Shown one piece after another: positions 8,742-18,059 of a stretch of 64,000 nt of DNA; position 1 is the first letter of the stretch, and every line of letters begins with the position of its first letter. The notes under the pieces were generated by a model. The model made no database searches, was not told the origin of the DNA, and saw only the letters and a program-made list of their open reading frames with translations. This DNA is from an uncultured Spirochaetota bacterium (GTDB lineage Bacteria; Spirochaetota; Spirochaetia; SZUA-6; Fen-1364): assembly GCA_963820525.1 (NCBI GenBank), contig CAWGAA010000002.1, positions 544,001 through 608,000 of the forward strand. The letters run 5' to 3'. A program made the translations under genes and the position numbers.

Positions 8742-9446
8742 TCAGACCCCCAGGTACGCCGATTTGACCTGGGGATTGTCGGAGATCTCCTTCGCGGTGC
8801 CGGACAGAACGATCCTGCCCGTCTCCAGGACGTAGGCCCTGTTGGCGATGGACAGCGCCATTTGCGCGTTCTGCTCGACCAGCAGGATGCTGGTGCCCTG
8901 CTTGTTGATCTCCACGATGATGCGGAAGATCTCCTCCACGAGGATCGGGCTTAAGCCCATGGAAGGCTCGTCCATGAGAAGAATGCTGGGCCTGCTCATC
9001 AGGCCGCGCGCCGTGGCGAGCATCTGCTGCTCTCCCCCGGAGAGGGTGCCCCCGTACTGCTCGGCCCGCTCCTTGAGGCGGGGAAAGCTCTGGTAGATCC
9101 GCTCCAAGGTCTGCTGGATCTCCGCCGGATCCGTGCGGGTGAAAGCGCCCATCATCAGGTTCTCCCTCACCGTGAGGGGCGCGAAGATTTTCCTGCCCTC
9201 GGGGACCTGGCTGATGCCGAGCTGCACGATCTGCTCGGCGTGCACCGTCGTCAATTCCTGGTCCCGCAGAGTGATGGACCCCGTGCGGGGGCGCAGGAGC
9301 CCGGAAATCGTTCGAAGGGTCGTGGACTTGCCGGCGCCATTGGCTCCGATCAGGGTGACGATCTCACCCTCATCGACCTGGAACGAGATGCCCTGGAGTG
9401 CGTGGATGGCGCCGTAGTAGACGTTCAGGTTCTCAACTCGCAGCAC
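8742..9446 (-). CDS. livF: Branched-chain amino acid ABC transporter ATPase
   Basis: GANGAGKS, LSGGEQQM, MDEPSMGL. GTG start at 9446 after AGGAG. Confidence 0.93.
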   Translation of the reverse strand: MLRVENLNVYYGAIHALQGISFQVDEGEIVTLIGANGAGKSTTLRTISGLLRPRTGSITLRDQELTTVHAEQIVQLGISQVPEGRKIFAPLTVRENLMMGAFTRTDPAEIQQTLERIYQSFPRLKERAEQYGGTLSGGEQQMLATARGLMSRPSILLMDEPSMGLSPILVEEIFRIIVEINKQGTSILLVEQNAQMALSIANRAYVLETGRIVLSGTAKEISDNPQVKSAYLGV

Positions 9447-10236
9447 TTCTGGCCACTCCTTTGCCGAGGTATGCCTCAATAACGGTCGGGTCGTTCTGGA
9501 TTTCTTTCGGCGTTCCGCGGGCGATCACCTCGCCGAAGTCCATCACGGTGATCCTCTCGCAGATCCCCATAACGACGCGCATCTGGTGCTCGATGAGCAG
9601 GATGGTGAGCTTGAAACGGTCCCTGATGAAATGGATGAGGTCCATCAGCTCGAGGATCTCCCTCGGGTTCATTCCGGCGGCGGGCTCGTCGAGGAGGAGA
9701 AGGCTCGGGTTGCACGCCAGGGCCCTGGCGATCTCCACGCGCCTCTGCTCTCCGTAGGGGAGGTTTTTCGCGATCTCCCCCTGGATGCCATCCAACTTGA
9801 AGATGGAGAGAAAATCCAGCGCCTGCTCGGTGAGCTCGTTCTCCTTCTTGAAGAACTCCGGAGTGCGGAGAATCCCGTCCGAAAGCGAATAGCCCGCGTG
9901 CGCATGATAGGCAATGCGCACATTGTCCAGCACCGTCAGGTTCTGGAAGAGCCTGATGTTCTGGAAGGTACGGGCGATTCCTTGTTGAGTTATCTCGAAG
10001 GGCTCCAGGCCGTCGATCTTCTGGCCGTGGAAAGAGATCCTTCCCGCCGAAAGAGAAATCAGTCCGGTGATGAGGTTGAAGACGGTGGTTTTCCCCGCCC
10101 CGTTGGGTCCAATCAACCCCCACAACACGCCGCGGGGAAGGCCCAAGGCAAAGTCCTTGACGGCGCAGAGGCCGCCGAAAAACTTCGTCAGCTCCGTGAT
10201 ATCGAGCAAGGGCTGGTCTCTCTGTTCATCTGCCAT
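9433..10236 (-). CDS. livG: Branched-chain amino acid ABC transporter ATPase
   Basis: GPNGAGKT, RTFQNIRLF, LPYGEQRR, LDEPAAG. True start taken as MADEQ at 10236. Confidence 0.93.
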   Translation of the reverse strand: MADEQRDQPLLDITELTKFFGGLCAVKDFALGLPRGVLWGLIGPNGAGKTTVFNLITGLISLSAGRISFHGQKIDGLEPFEITQQGIARTFQNIRLFQNLTVLDNVRIAYHAHAGYSLSDGILRTPEFFKKENELTEQALDFLSIFKLDGIQGEIAKNLPYGEQRRVEIARALACNPSLLLLDEPAAGMNPREILELMDLIHFIRDRFKLTILLIEHQMRVVMGICERITVMDFGEVIARGTPKEIQNDPTVIEAYLGKGVARSAAS

Positions 10237-10259
10237 CCTGCATACCTCTCTCAAATCTT

Positions 10260-11726
10260 TCAGGGTTTTACGGGCTCTGAAGCCTGTTTGACGGCTCCGC
10301 CGGAGCCCGACGGTCCGCCATCGGCAGATCGGGCCTTGTTGAAGATCCGTCCCGCTTTCAGGAAACCCCATTCTACGCTGCCCAGGAGACCTTGCGGCCG
10401 CAGGAGCATCAAGAGGATCAGCGCGATGGGATACAGCACGAAGCGCCAGGTGGGCGCTTCGGGGCCCAGCTGGCCCAAAAGCACTCGCAGGAAGCCTTCC
10501 AGGAAGAAGATCCATCCAAAGGAGGCGACAATGGTTCCCGTCATGCTTCCCAGGCCGCCGAACACGACGATAATGAGCGGGTTGAAGCCGGCAATGAAGC
10601 TGAAGGTGCCGGGGCTCAGGAACCCGATGTAATGGGCGTAGACCGCGCCGCCGATGCCCGCAAAGAGGCTTCCAACCACGAACGCGAGCAGCTTCGACCT
10701 CGCCACGTCGATCCCCATGGCCTTGGCCGCCGTTTCGTCCTCGCGCACCGAGATGATGGCCCGGCCGGTGCTGGAGCGGATGAGGTTCCGCATGATTACG
10801 GTCACGATCACCAGAAAGACGAACGCCCAGAGCCAGATGGTGGAGAAGGAAACGGAGGTGAGCCAGCTCAAGAGCGACCCCTGTTGGACCGGGACATCCC
10901 ACGACCATATCGGCATCTTGGGGATGCCGATCATTCCCCTTCCTCCCTTCATCTCGGGGAAGGGGAGGATGGTGTCGGAGTTCACCATGAGGGTTTGTAC
11001 GACGATTGCGAACCCAAGGGTTGCTATCCCGAAATAGTCGGAGCCGAGGGTGAGCACGGGGAGGCCGAAGAGAAAGCTCACCTCCGCTGCGAACACGCCG
11101 GCAATGATGACCGACAGGAAGAAAATGACCTGCTGGACGGCGGGGGACAGGAACCACCCCGATACATCTGCCGTGCCGAATCCGGAGGCCAGAAGCGGCG
11201 CAATGGCATTGCCCGCGATCACCGCGATGACTCCCGCCGCGATTGCCGCGATCATGTAGAAGGTGAAGGCTGAAAGGACGGGAATGCCCCTCTTGAGCCG
11301 GAGCAGTCGACCGACGCCGATAAGGGCGATGCCGCCGAGAATTACTCCGATGCCGGCAACGAGGATTCCGCTGGGGTCCCCGTTGGCCCAGCGAAACGTA
11401 ATGTCGGCCGCGCAGTACGCGCCGATCCCGTAGAAACCCCACTGTCCCAGGCTGAACTGGCCGTTGAACCCGTAGATGAGGTTCAGCCCCAGGGCCACCA
11501 TGGCCATGGTGCAGGATTGGATGAGAAGGCCCTGATCGAAACCCGAGAAGATCTGGAATTCGCCGAAATGCAGGGAGAGGACGATCTGGATGACGGCGAA
11601 CGCGCCGAAGATCCCGAGGGCCTTGACCCATTTCTCCTTTCGACCGAGCACCCAGAGAAGTCCGAAAATGTAGGCGAGAAGCGCGCCCATCTTCAGAATT
11701 GTGCTGAAAAGGTATGCGAGGTTCAT
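10260..11726 (-). CDS. livM: Branched-chain amino acid ABC permease (long form)
   Basis: GLNLIYGFNGQFSLGQ, DYFGIATLGF, GRAIISVREDE, FGGLGS, RPQGLLG. Confidence 0.9.
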   Translation of the reverse strand: MNLAYLFSTILKMGALLAYIFGLLWVLGRKEKWVKALGIFGAFAVIQIVLSLHFGEFQIFSGFDQGLLIQSCTMAMVALGLNLIYGFNGQFSLGQWGFYGIGAYCAADITFRWANGDPSGILVAGIGVILGGIALIGVGRLLRLKRGIPVLSAFTFYMIAAIAAGVIAVIAGNAIAPLLASGFGTADVSGWFLSPAVQQVIFFLSVIIAGVFAAEVSFLFGLPVLTLGSDYFGIATLGFAIVVQTLMVNSDTILPFPEMKGGRGMIGIPKMPIWSWDVPVQQGSLLSWLTSVSFSTIWLWAFVFLVIVTVIMRNLIRSSTGRAIISVREDETAAKAMGIDVARSKLLAFVVGSLFAGIGGAVYAHYIGFLSPGTFSFIAGFNPLIIVVFGGLGSMTGTIVASFGWIFFLEGFLRVLLGQLGPEAPTWRFVLYPIALILLMLLRPQGLLGSVEWGFLKAGRIFNKARSADGGPSGSGGAVKQASEPVKP

Positions 11727-11734
11727 GGGCTCTC

Positions 11735-12868
11735 CTAGGCTTTTTCCTTTGCCGGCTCTCCAAAGATGCCGGTCGGACGGATGAGCAGCACAATAATCAG
11801 TATTGTAAACGCCACTGCGTCGCGCATTGGCGTGGAGATATATCCCATGGTAAGGGCTTCAGCCTGTCCCATGATGAGGGCGCCGATGAAAGCTCCGGGG
11901 ATGCTCCCAATCCCGCCAAGAACCGCGGCCACGAAGGCCTTGAGGCCCGGCAGGATCCCCATCTGCGTGTTGATCGAGCTGTAAGCGATTGCATAGAGAA
12001 CCCCGCCCAGACCGGCGAACGCCGATCCAATGGCGAACGTGAAGGATATGATCCGGTCAACGTTGATCCCCATGAGGCGCGCCGTGGGTTTGTCGAAGGA
12101 AGTGGCGCGCATGGCGACGCCGATTTTCGTCCTGTGCACGATGAATTGAAGGATTATCTGGACCACGATGGAAGCGATCATGATGAAAACGAGGATGTTC
12201 GAGAAAGTGATGGAGTTCGCCGGCGCTTCCACTCCCGGCATGATGCGCTGGATGCCGGCGCTCGAGGTGTACCACGCCACCACGTCGAAGGGCCTCTGGT
12301 AGGGAATGAAGCGGGGAGAAAAGACGAAGTACAGGGCGCCGAAGAACTCCAGGAAAAAGGAGACGCCGATCGCCGTGATGAGCGCGGCAATGCGGGGGGC
12401 ATCCCGCAGGGGCTTGTAGGCCACCCTCTCGATGGTGACCGCCAGAAGCACGCACACGAGCATGGAGAGCAGGATGACGGTCAGGGAGCCGACAATAATG
12501 GATATTCCCATGGGCACGCCGGGGAAAAGAGCCTCGGGCCACCGATGGAGGTTGAAACGCGTCACGGCGTAGAAGCTCGTGAAGGCGCCGACCATGAAAA
12601 CGTCGCCGTGGGCGAAGTTGATCAGCTTCACGATCCCATACACCATGGTGTAGCCCAACGCGATGAGGGCGTACACGAAGCCGAGCTGGAGACCGTTGAT
12701 GATGTTCTGGACGAACAGGCTGGGGTTGGCCCGCAGGTTGGAAACAAGGATGTAGAGAATCAAGACGGCGAGCGCGATCAGAACAACCTGACCTACCCAG
12801 GAGAAAGGGGCCCGGCGCTTGGATTGCCGGATTGTCGCCTCGGGTGCGATTTCTTTGGTTTGTGGCAT
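11735..12868 (-). CDS. livH: Branched-chain amino acid ABC permease
   Basis: YALIALGYTMVYGIVKLINFAHG, GVAMRA, KAFVAAVLGGIG, RPTGIFG. Confidence 0.93.
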   Translation of the reverse strand: MPQTKEIAPEATIRQSKRRAPFSWVGQVVLIALAVLILYILVSNLRANPSLFVQNIINGLQLGFVYALIALGYTMVYGIVKLINFAHGDVFMVGAFTSFYAVTRFNLHRWPEALFPGVPMGISIIVGSLTVILLSMLVCVLLAVTIERVAYKPLRDAPRIAALITAIGVSFFLEFFGALYFVFSPRFIPYQRPFDVVAWYTSSAGIQRIMPGVEAPANSITFSNILVFIMIASIVVQIILQFIVHRTKIGVAMRATSFDKPTARLMGINVDRIISFTFAIGSAFAGLGGVLYAIAYSSINTQMGILPGLKAFVAAVLGGIGSIPGAFIGALIMGQAEALTMGYISTPMRDAVAFTILIIVLLIRPTGIFGEPAKEKA

Positions 12869-12896
12869 TGGCTCTCCGCTATTCGTGATCGTTACG

Positions 12897-12928
12897 AAAA
12901 GAGAGGGCAACCGGACGGCTGCCCTCTC
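12897..12928 (-). terminator. Hairpin between livK and livH (partial terminator or mRNA stabiliser)
   Basis: GAGAGGGCAGCC...GGTTGCCCTCTC followed by TTTT on the minus strand. Confidence 0.65.
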
Positions 12929-12952
12929 GATAAGACAACAATGCGCGAGTCC

Positions 12953-14092
12953 TTACGGGTTGACCACAGCCTCGAACTTGATGGCCTCAGGAGTCACCTT
13001 CAGGATTGTCGCCGACTTCACAGGGTTGTGCTGGGCGTCAAAGGTGATCTTGCCCGACACTCCGTTGAACGTGATCTTCTCCAACGCCACCCGCACCTTG
13101 TCGGTGTTGTCCGCGCTGGCGGCCTTGATGCCGGTAAGCAGCAGGTTGGTGGCGTCATAGGCGAGGGCCGCGAGGGCGTCCGGGACCTTGGGGTTGCCGC
13201 TGTCGTCCTTGAACGCCGCGCCGTAAGACTTGAGGAAGTTCTGGACCGCGGGCCTCGGGTCGTCCGGCGAATAGTGATTGGTGTAGAACCCGCCGGCCGC
13301 CGCTTCCTTGTCCAGGTCCGAGGAATCCCATCCATCTCCACCCATGAAGGCTACCGTGATTCCCTTCTCCTTGGCCTGCTTGGTCGCCAGGTTCACGATG
13401 TTGTAGTAGTCGGGCAGGTATACGATGTCAGGCCTCGTGTCCTTGACCTTCGCGAGGATGGCGGAAAAGTCGGTGTCCGTGGCGGTATAGGTCTCCTTGC
13501 CGATAATGGTTCCGCCCAACTTCTTGAAGGAACCTTCGAAAGCCTCAGCGAGCCCCTTCACGTAGTCGTTGGCCTGGTCCAGCATGATGAAAGCCTTGCG
13601 GGCCTTCAGGTTCTTGTACGCGAAGTTCGCGCCGACCAGCCCCTGGAAGGGGTCGATGAAGCATGCGCGGAATACGTACGCCTTGGTCTTGTTCTTGGAG
13701 TCCACGGTGACCGCGGTATTGGTGGAGGTGGGGCTGACCTCGATGACCTTGTTCGCGTTTGCGATTTCCGAGATCGGGATCGAAGCCTTGGAGCATACCT
13801 CTCCAATGATGTAATGGACCCTATCCTGGTTGATGACCTTGTTGGCCGCGTTGACCGCGGGGTCCGGGGTGCACTGGCTGTCCTCAATTATGGGGACGAT
13901 CGTCATTCCCAGCACTCCGCCCTTGGCATTCCACTCCTTGATAGCCAGAAGAGCGCCGTCACGGGTGGAGACGCCGAAGGTGGGCACGGGGCCCGACAAG
14001 GGAGCAAGAATGGCGACTTTGAGGTCCGCGGCCGTGGCCGCAAACGCAACCGCCATTCCCAGGATCAGGACCACAGCAAATAGACGCTTCAT
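12953..14092 (-). CDS. livK: Branched-chain amino acid ABC substrate-binding protein
   Basis: Signal peptide, APLSG, IIGEVCS, SPTSTN, FRACFID, MGGDGW, AYDA. Confidence 0.9.
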   Translation of the reverse strand: MKRLFAVVLILGMAVAFAATAADLKVAILAPLSGPVPTFGVSTRDGALLAIKEWNAKGGVLGMTIVPIIEDSQCTPDPAVNAANKVINQDRVHYIIGEVCSKASIPISEIANANKVIEVSPTSTNTAVTVDSKNKTKAYVFRACFIDPFQGLVGANFAYKNLKARKAFIMLDQANDYVKGLAEAFEGSFKKLGGTIIGKETYTATDTDFSAILAKVKDTRPDIVYLPDYYNIVNLATKQAKEKGITVAFMGGDGWDSSDLDKEAAAGGFYTNHYSPDDPRPAVQNFLKSYGAAFKDDSGNPKVPDALAALAYDATNLLLTGIKAASADNTDKVRVALEKITFNGVSGKITFDAQHNPVKSATILKVTPEAIKFEAVVNP

Positions 14093-14249
14093 TCAGTCCT
14101 CCTTTTCTCTTGATTTGGTGAATATTCAAGCACCGCGAAAGTATCTGGGACTCTTTCAGGCTGGTCGGGCCCTGCACGAACAATCCGACTCATCAAACCG
14201 GGCCACCTCCTCGCGGAAGCGCGCATTCAAGAAAGAATTGAACGAAACA

Positions 14250-14278
14250 ACTATGACCCCTGCCGAATCCCCTGTCAA
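14250..14278 (-). promoter_or_regulatory. Sigma-70 promoter of the liv operon
   Basis: TTGACA-N17-CATAGT on the minus strand. Confidence 0.6.
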
Positions 14279-14325
14279 GCCCTGACTGATTTTCCGAGGA
14301 ATAATGGCTCTTTTTCACGGCGGCG

Positions 14326-14721
14326 CTATTCAGCAAGTCGAGACCGCACTTCGGGAAGCTCGCAGTACCAGAGCTCGAAGACCGAGAGCAGCATGGAGAG
14401 GACAGCGAGCACAACCCACCCTGCATTGAATCTCTGGACTCCCTCCACATTCATCGTGGCGTGCGGAGCAAGCATCATGAGGCGGCTGATGATGTTGAAG
14501 CCCTGTGCAAATGATATGAGGTACCAGGGCCAGGCCGATTGGCTCCTGCGGCTGAGCAGCTGGACAAGGGAAAGGATGACGAGGAGCGTCATGAGGGTGG
14601 GCAGCCACCATTCCTGGGAAGCGAGGGTAAAGGAGGAGAGTGGAAAGATGATAATCGGGACTACCTGAAGGCAGAGCACGATGGGAATGGCGACGCGGCT
14701 GGAAAGCATTCTCCGAAGCAT
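14326..14721 (-). CDS. Small hypothetical membrane protein (about 4 TM)
   Basis: 131 aa, four hydrophobic stretches, fills the gap between genes. Confidence 0.7.
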   Translation of the reverse strand: MLRRMLSSRVAIPIVLCLQVVPIIIFPLSSFTLASQEWWLPTLMTLLVILSLVQLLSRRSQSAWPWYLISFAQGFNIISRLMMLAPHATMNVEGVQRFNAGWVVLAVLSMLLSVFELWYCELPEVRSRLAE

Positions 14722-14800
14722 GGTCCTACGGTACCATACGCCTTCGCATTTTGTCGAGAAAAAAAATCAAGATGGCAGTGGAAGCCGGTCCAGGCGGTTT

Positions 14801-15649
14801 TCAGCAAAGCACCTGCGTCATTCCACGCGACCGGGCATACCCGATGACATCGTCCATCTCCGTCCGTGTGGGCCGTCGCGATAGGGCGGGGTATTCGGAC
14901 GCCCTGTAGGCGGGATGATACTGGTCCATGATGTTGAGGTACGTGTCGGTCGAAAGCTCAGCCAGAAAGTCGATAACGGCCCGCGAACCGGAGATGCCCC
15001 CCGGGAGCACGAGGTGCCGGACCAGAAGTCCCCTCCGTGCGACTCCCCGCGCATCCATGCGCAGATCTCCCACCTGGCGGTGCATTTCCATCAGGGAAGC
15101 CGTGCAATACTCCACGTAGCGCTCCACCCCGGAGAAGGAGCTTGCCTGTGTGTCGCCGCCGTATTTGAAGTCGGGCATATAGATATCGACGAGGCTGTCC
15201 AGCTCCCGCAGGAGCGCCGGATTCTCGTATCCGCCGCAGTTGTAGACGATGGGGATCGCGAGGCCTTCGGCGCGCGCACGGCGTACCGCTTCGAAGATCT
15301 GCGGCGCCTGGTGGGTGGGGGAGACGAGGTTGACGTTCTCGGCGCCCCGCATGCGAAGGGAGAACATGAGGCGAACCAGCTCTCCCTCCCCGATTGCGGC
15401 GCCGCGGTCGAGGGCGCTGATTTCCCAGTTCTGGCAGAAGACGCAGGAAAGGTTGCACGCCGTGAAGAAGATCGTGCCCGAGCCGCCGCTGCCGACGAGG
15501 CAGGGCTCCTCGCCGAAATGGAGATCTGCGGAGGAGACCACGATTTTGTCCAGGGTGCGGCAGCGGCCCGTCTCTCCCGCTCTCCTGTTGACGCGGCAGA
15601 AATTGGGGCAGACTTCGCAGGTTGTAAGCCAGTCAAGAAGGGTGCTCAT
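14801..15649 (-). CDS. PflX-like radical SAM protein
   Basis: CEVCPNFC, HFGEEP, GSGTIFF, CNLSCVFCQN, YMPDFKY, RHLVLPG, MDQYHP. Confidence 0.92.
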   Translation of the reverse strand: MSTLLDWLTTCEVCPNFCRVNRRAGETGRCRTLDKIVVSSADLHFGEEPCLVGSGGSGTIFFTACNLSCVFCQNWEISALDRGAAIGEGELVRLMFSLRMRGAENVNLVSPTHQAPQIFEAVRRARAEGLAIPIVYNCGGYENPALLRELDSLVDIYMPDFKYGGDTQASSFSGVERYVEYCTASLMEMHRQVGDLRMDARGVARRGLLVRHLVLPGGISGSRAVIDFLAELSTDTYLNIMDQYHPAYRASEYPALSRRPTRTEMDDVIGYARSRGMTQVLC

Positions 15650-16007
15650 TGAAAGGACAGCGGCTCTCGCGCGGCCTAGCGCGGCATCCCCAGCCTTTCG
15701 GCATCCAAAACGGCGGAATGCCGCCGTAGGCCTCGGGCGGGTTACGGGGTCCCTATGGAATTCCCCAGCGCTTCTGCGGCCTGCTTCTCATGCCCCCTTT
15801 CGCGGCGCGGTAGCGCCGCTGTCGGGCAAAGGCTGCCGCGCCGGGGCTCCCTTGCACGCGGCTATGGCGCGCTTGTCACCCGGCTCCCGCCATCCCTGGC
15901 TCCGCCGGGTTTCGGCCTCCCTGCGGGGTATCCCCAGCGCTCCCGCCGTTTGCTTCGCAAACGTCTGCTGCGCCGGGGCCCCCTTCCGCGCGCCTACGGC
16001 CCGCTTC

Positions 16008-16080
16008 AGCCAAGACTGGGAATTGAACCCAGGACCTGCGCATTACGAGTGCGCTGCTCTACCAGCTGAGCTACCTTGGC
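16008..16080 (-). tRNA. tRNA-Thr (anticodon CGT), CCA not encoded
   Basis: Reverse complement GCCAAGG-TAGCTCAGCTGGTAGAGC-A-GCGCA-CT-CGT-AA-TGCGC-AGGTC-CTGGGTTCAATTCCCAG-TCTTGGC-T. Confidence 0.97.
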
Positions 16081-16090
16081 GTGCCGGGCA

Positions 16091-16119
16091 AGGATAGCGG
16101 AATTGACGAAAAATGGCAA
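16091..16119 (-). promoter_or_regulatory. Sigma-70 promoter of tRNA-Thr
   Basis: TTGCCA-N17-TATCCT followed by a GC-rich discriminator. Confidence 0.6.
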
Positions 16120-16203
16120 CACTGCGGCGGCTTCCAAGCGCGGGGCGCCCCCTGAACGCCGCACTGCGGCGGCTCGGCCGCGTCGGCTCGGCTGCGTCGG
16201 CGC

Positions 16204-16253
16204 GAAGCGCGACACAGCCATAGAAGCGCGACACAGCCATAGAAGCGCGACAC
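16204..16253. repeat. 19-bp tandem repeat, about 2.6 copies
   Basis: GAAGCGCGACACAGCCATA twice, then GAAGCGCGACAC. Confidence 0.9.
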
Positions 16254-16355
16254 GGCCCGAGGAGCGCCGAAACCGCGCAACGAGGGCCCAGGGCGGCAGC
16301 GGTTTGCGAAGCAAACTGCGAGAGCTCTGGAGGCCAGGTCCGCCCTGTTCCGTCG

Positions 16356-16382
16356 TCAAGGAACCTCCAGGGCTACCGATAA
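16356..16382 (+). promoter_or_regulatory. Sigma-28 (FliA)-type promoter of the flg cluster
   Basis: TCAA-N15-ACCGATAA upstream of the GGAGG SD of flgF. Confidence 0.7.
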
Positions 16383-16407
16383 TGAGAGTGAGAAAACGGA
16401 GGAATCT

Positions 16408-17256
16408 GTGGTACGAGGCTTGTTCACGGGCGCCAGCGGCATGATCGTTCAAATGGACCGCATGGATGCCATCGCCAACAACCTGGCAAACGTCGACCTC
16501 ACGGGCTACAAGAAGGACACGGCGGTCACGAAGGCGTTCCCCGAGATGCTGATGCGCCGATTCAACGACGATGGGGTCTACCGCTTTCCCATCGGCTCCG
16601 TGGACACTTCCCCCATCGTGGGGAGGCTGGGCACCGGCGTCGAGCTGAACGAGGTATACACCGTGTTCGAGCAGGGTGCCATGAAGCAGACGGAGAACGA
16701 CTTCGATCTTGCCCTCGAGGGGCAGGGCTTCATGACGATCCAGACCTCCCGCGGCGAGCGGCTGACGCGAAACGGCGCTTTCCTCGTCAACGCAGATGGA
16801 TACCTTGTCAACGAGCTGGGAGATTTCGTCCTGGGAGAGAAGGGGCCGATCAAGATCAAGAAGAACAACTTCGTCATCGACCAGGACGGCACGGTCTGGC
16901 AGAACGCGGCCTTTGCGGGAGACGACAAGCGTCTGGTGTCCCAGCAGGAGAACGAGTGGGAGAACATCGAAAAGGTCGACAGGCTGCGGATCGTGGACGT
17001 GAACAGGAAGCGCTATCTCCAGAAGGAAGGAAACTCGTACTGGCGAACGACCGGGGAATCGGGTGATGCCCAGATCGTGGACGGCTCCGCCCGGCCGCGG
17101 GTCCGCCAGGGCTTTCTCGAGTGCGCCAATGTGAATGCCGTGCGCGAGATGGTGGACATGATCGAGGTAAACCGCGCCTACGACGCGAATCAGAAGCTGA
17201 TCCAGACCGAGGACACCCTCCTGGGAAGACTGCTGAATGAGGTGGTGAAGGTATGA
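16408..17256 (+). CDS. flgF: Flagellar basal-body rod protein FlgF/FlhO
   Basis: IANNLAN..GYK, DLALEGQGF, TRNGAF, QGFLECANVN, NRAYDAN. Confidence 0.88.
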   Translation: MVRGLFTGASGMIVQMDRMDAIANNLANVDLTGYKKDTAVTKAFPEMLMRRFNDDGVYRFPIGSVDTSPIVGRLGTGVELNEVYTVFEQGAMKQTENDFDLALEGQGFMTIQTSRGERLTRNGAFLVNADGYLVNELGDFVLGEKGPIKIKKNNFVIDQDGTVWQNAAFAGDDKRLVSQQENEWENIEKVDRLRIVDVNRKRYLQKEGNSYWRTTGESGDAQIVDGSARPRVRQGFLECANVNAVREMVDMIEVNRAYDANQKLIQTEDTLLGRLLNEVVKV

Positions 17257-18047
17257 TGAGATCGCTGTGGACGGCCGCGTCCGGAATGATCGGACAGCAA
17301 TTCAATATTGACACGATCGCCAACAACCTGGCAAACGTGAACACGACCGGTTTCAAGCAGAACCGGGCCGACTTCGAGGACCTGCTCTACCAGACGGAGC
17401 TCCTCGCCGGGACGCCCGCCACCGAGGTGACGGTGGTGCCCACGGGCATCCAGGTCGGCCACGGAGTGAAGCCCGCGGCGACCCAGAAGATATTCACCCA
17501 GGGCGCCCTGCAGTCCACGGGCAACGTCTCGGATATCGCAATCGAAGGGGAGGGCTTCTTCCGCGTTCTTCAGTACGATGGTACCTATGCCTATACGCGG
17601 GACGGGTCGTTCAAGATCGATTCAAACGGGCAGATCGTCACTTCCAACGGCTACCGCCTCCTGCCGGAGATCGTGCTGCCGGAGGGCTTTGTCCACGACA
17701 GCCTCGCCATATCCCAGGATGGAAGGATCACGGTGAAGGTGGCGGGAAGCGACGATCCCATCGAGGTGGGCCAGATCGAGCTCTACAGGTTCGTCAATCC
17801 GGCGGGCCTCCAGGCCATCGGGGAAAACCTCCTGAAGGTCACTAACGGCTCTGGAGAGGCGATCGCGGGCCGCCCCGGGTTCGAAGGCATGGGAAAGGTG
17901 CTGCAGAACTTCCTCGAGATGTCCAACGTCTCCGTCGTCAAGGAGATGGTGAACATGATCGTGGCTCAGAGGGCCTACGAGCTGAACTCCCGGGCCATCC
18001 AGACCTCGGACAACATGCTCGCCACGGCAACCAGCCTCAAGAGGTAA
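17253..18047 (+). CDS. flgG: Flagellar distal rod protein
   Basis: MMRSLWTAASGM, ANNLANVNTTGFK, FEDLLYQ, YTRDGSF, LEMSNV, AQRAYELNS. Confidence 0.96.
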   Translation: MMRSLWTAASGMIGQQFNIDTIANNLANVNTTGFKQNRADFEDLLYQTELLAGTPATEVTVVPTGIQVGHGVKPAATQKIFTQGALQSTGNVSDIAIEGEGFFRVLQYDGTYAYTRDGSFKIDSNGQIVTSNGYRLLPEIVLPEGFVHDSLAISQDGRITVKVAGSDDPIEVGQIELYRFVNPAGLQAIGENLLKVTNGSGEAIAGRPGFEGMGKVLQNFLEMSNVSVVKEMVNMIVAQRAYELNSRAIQTSDNMLATATSLKR

Positions 18048-18059
18048 GGCCGGCTCTCC

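Larger units (their letters stand above)
15757..16335. repeat. Three related structured repeat units flanking tRNA-Thr
   Basis: Units at 15757-15874 (-), 15925-16006 (-) and 16282-16335 (+) share an outer stem. The exact 15-mer GTTTGCGAAGCAAAC occurs inverted at 15948-15962 and 16302-16316. Confidence 0.7.

Noticed and set aside
9433..11793. 786-aa ORF as a fused protein
   Set aside because: Only the last 267 aa are LivG; the rest is an off-frame overlap with livM.
11714..14083. 789-aa plus-strand ORF and many similar long ORFs
   Set aside because: Antisense shadows of real genes, expected in high-GC DNA; no protein motifs.
14154..14197. Hammerhead-like TGATGAG...GAAA in the livK leader
   Set aside because: The core reads TTGATGA rather than CTGATGA, and GAAA does not directly follow stem II. 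No T-box or riboswitch consensus was recognised.
16204..16253. Possible CRISPR array
   Set aside because: The repeats are contiguous with no spacers, and there are no cas genes.
15649..16408. Small ORFs around tRNA-Thr
   Set aside because: They overlap the tRNA and structured repeats and have Arg/Ala/Pro-biased non-coding composition.
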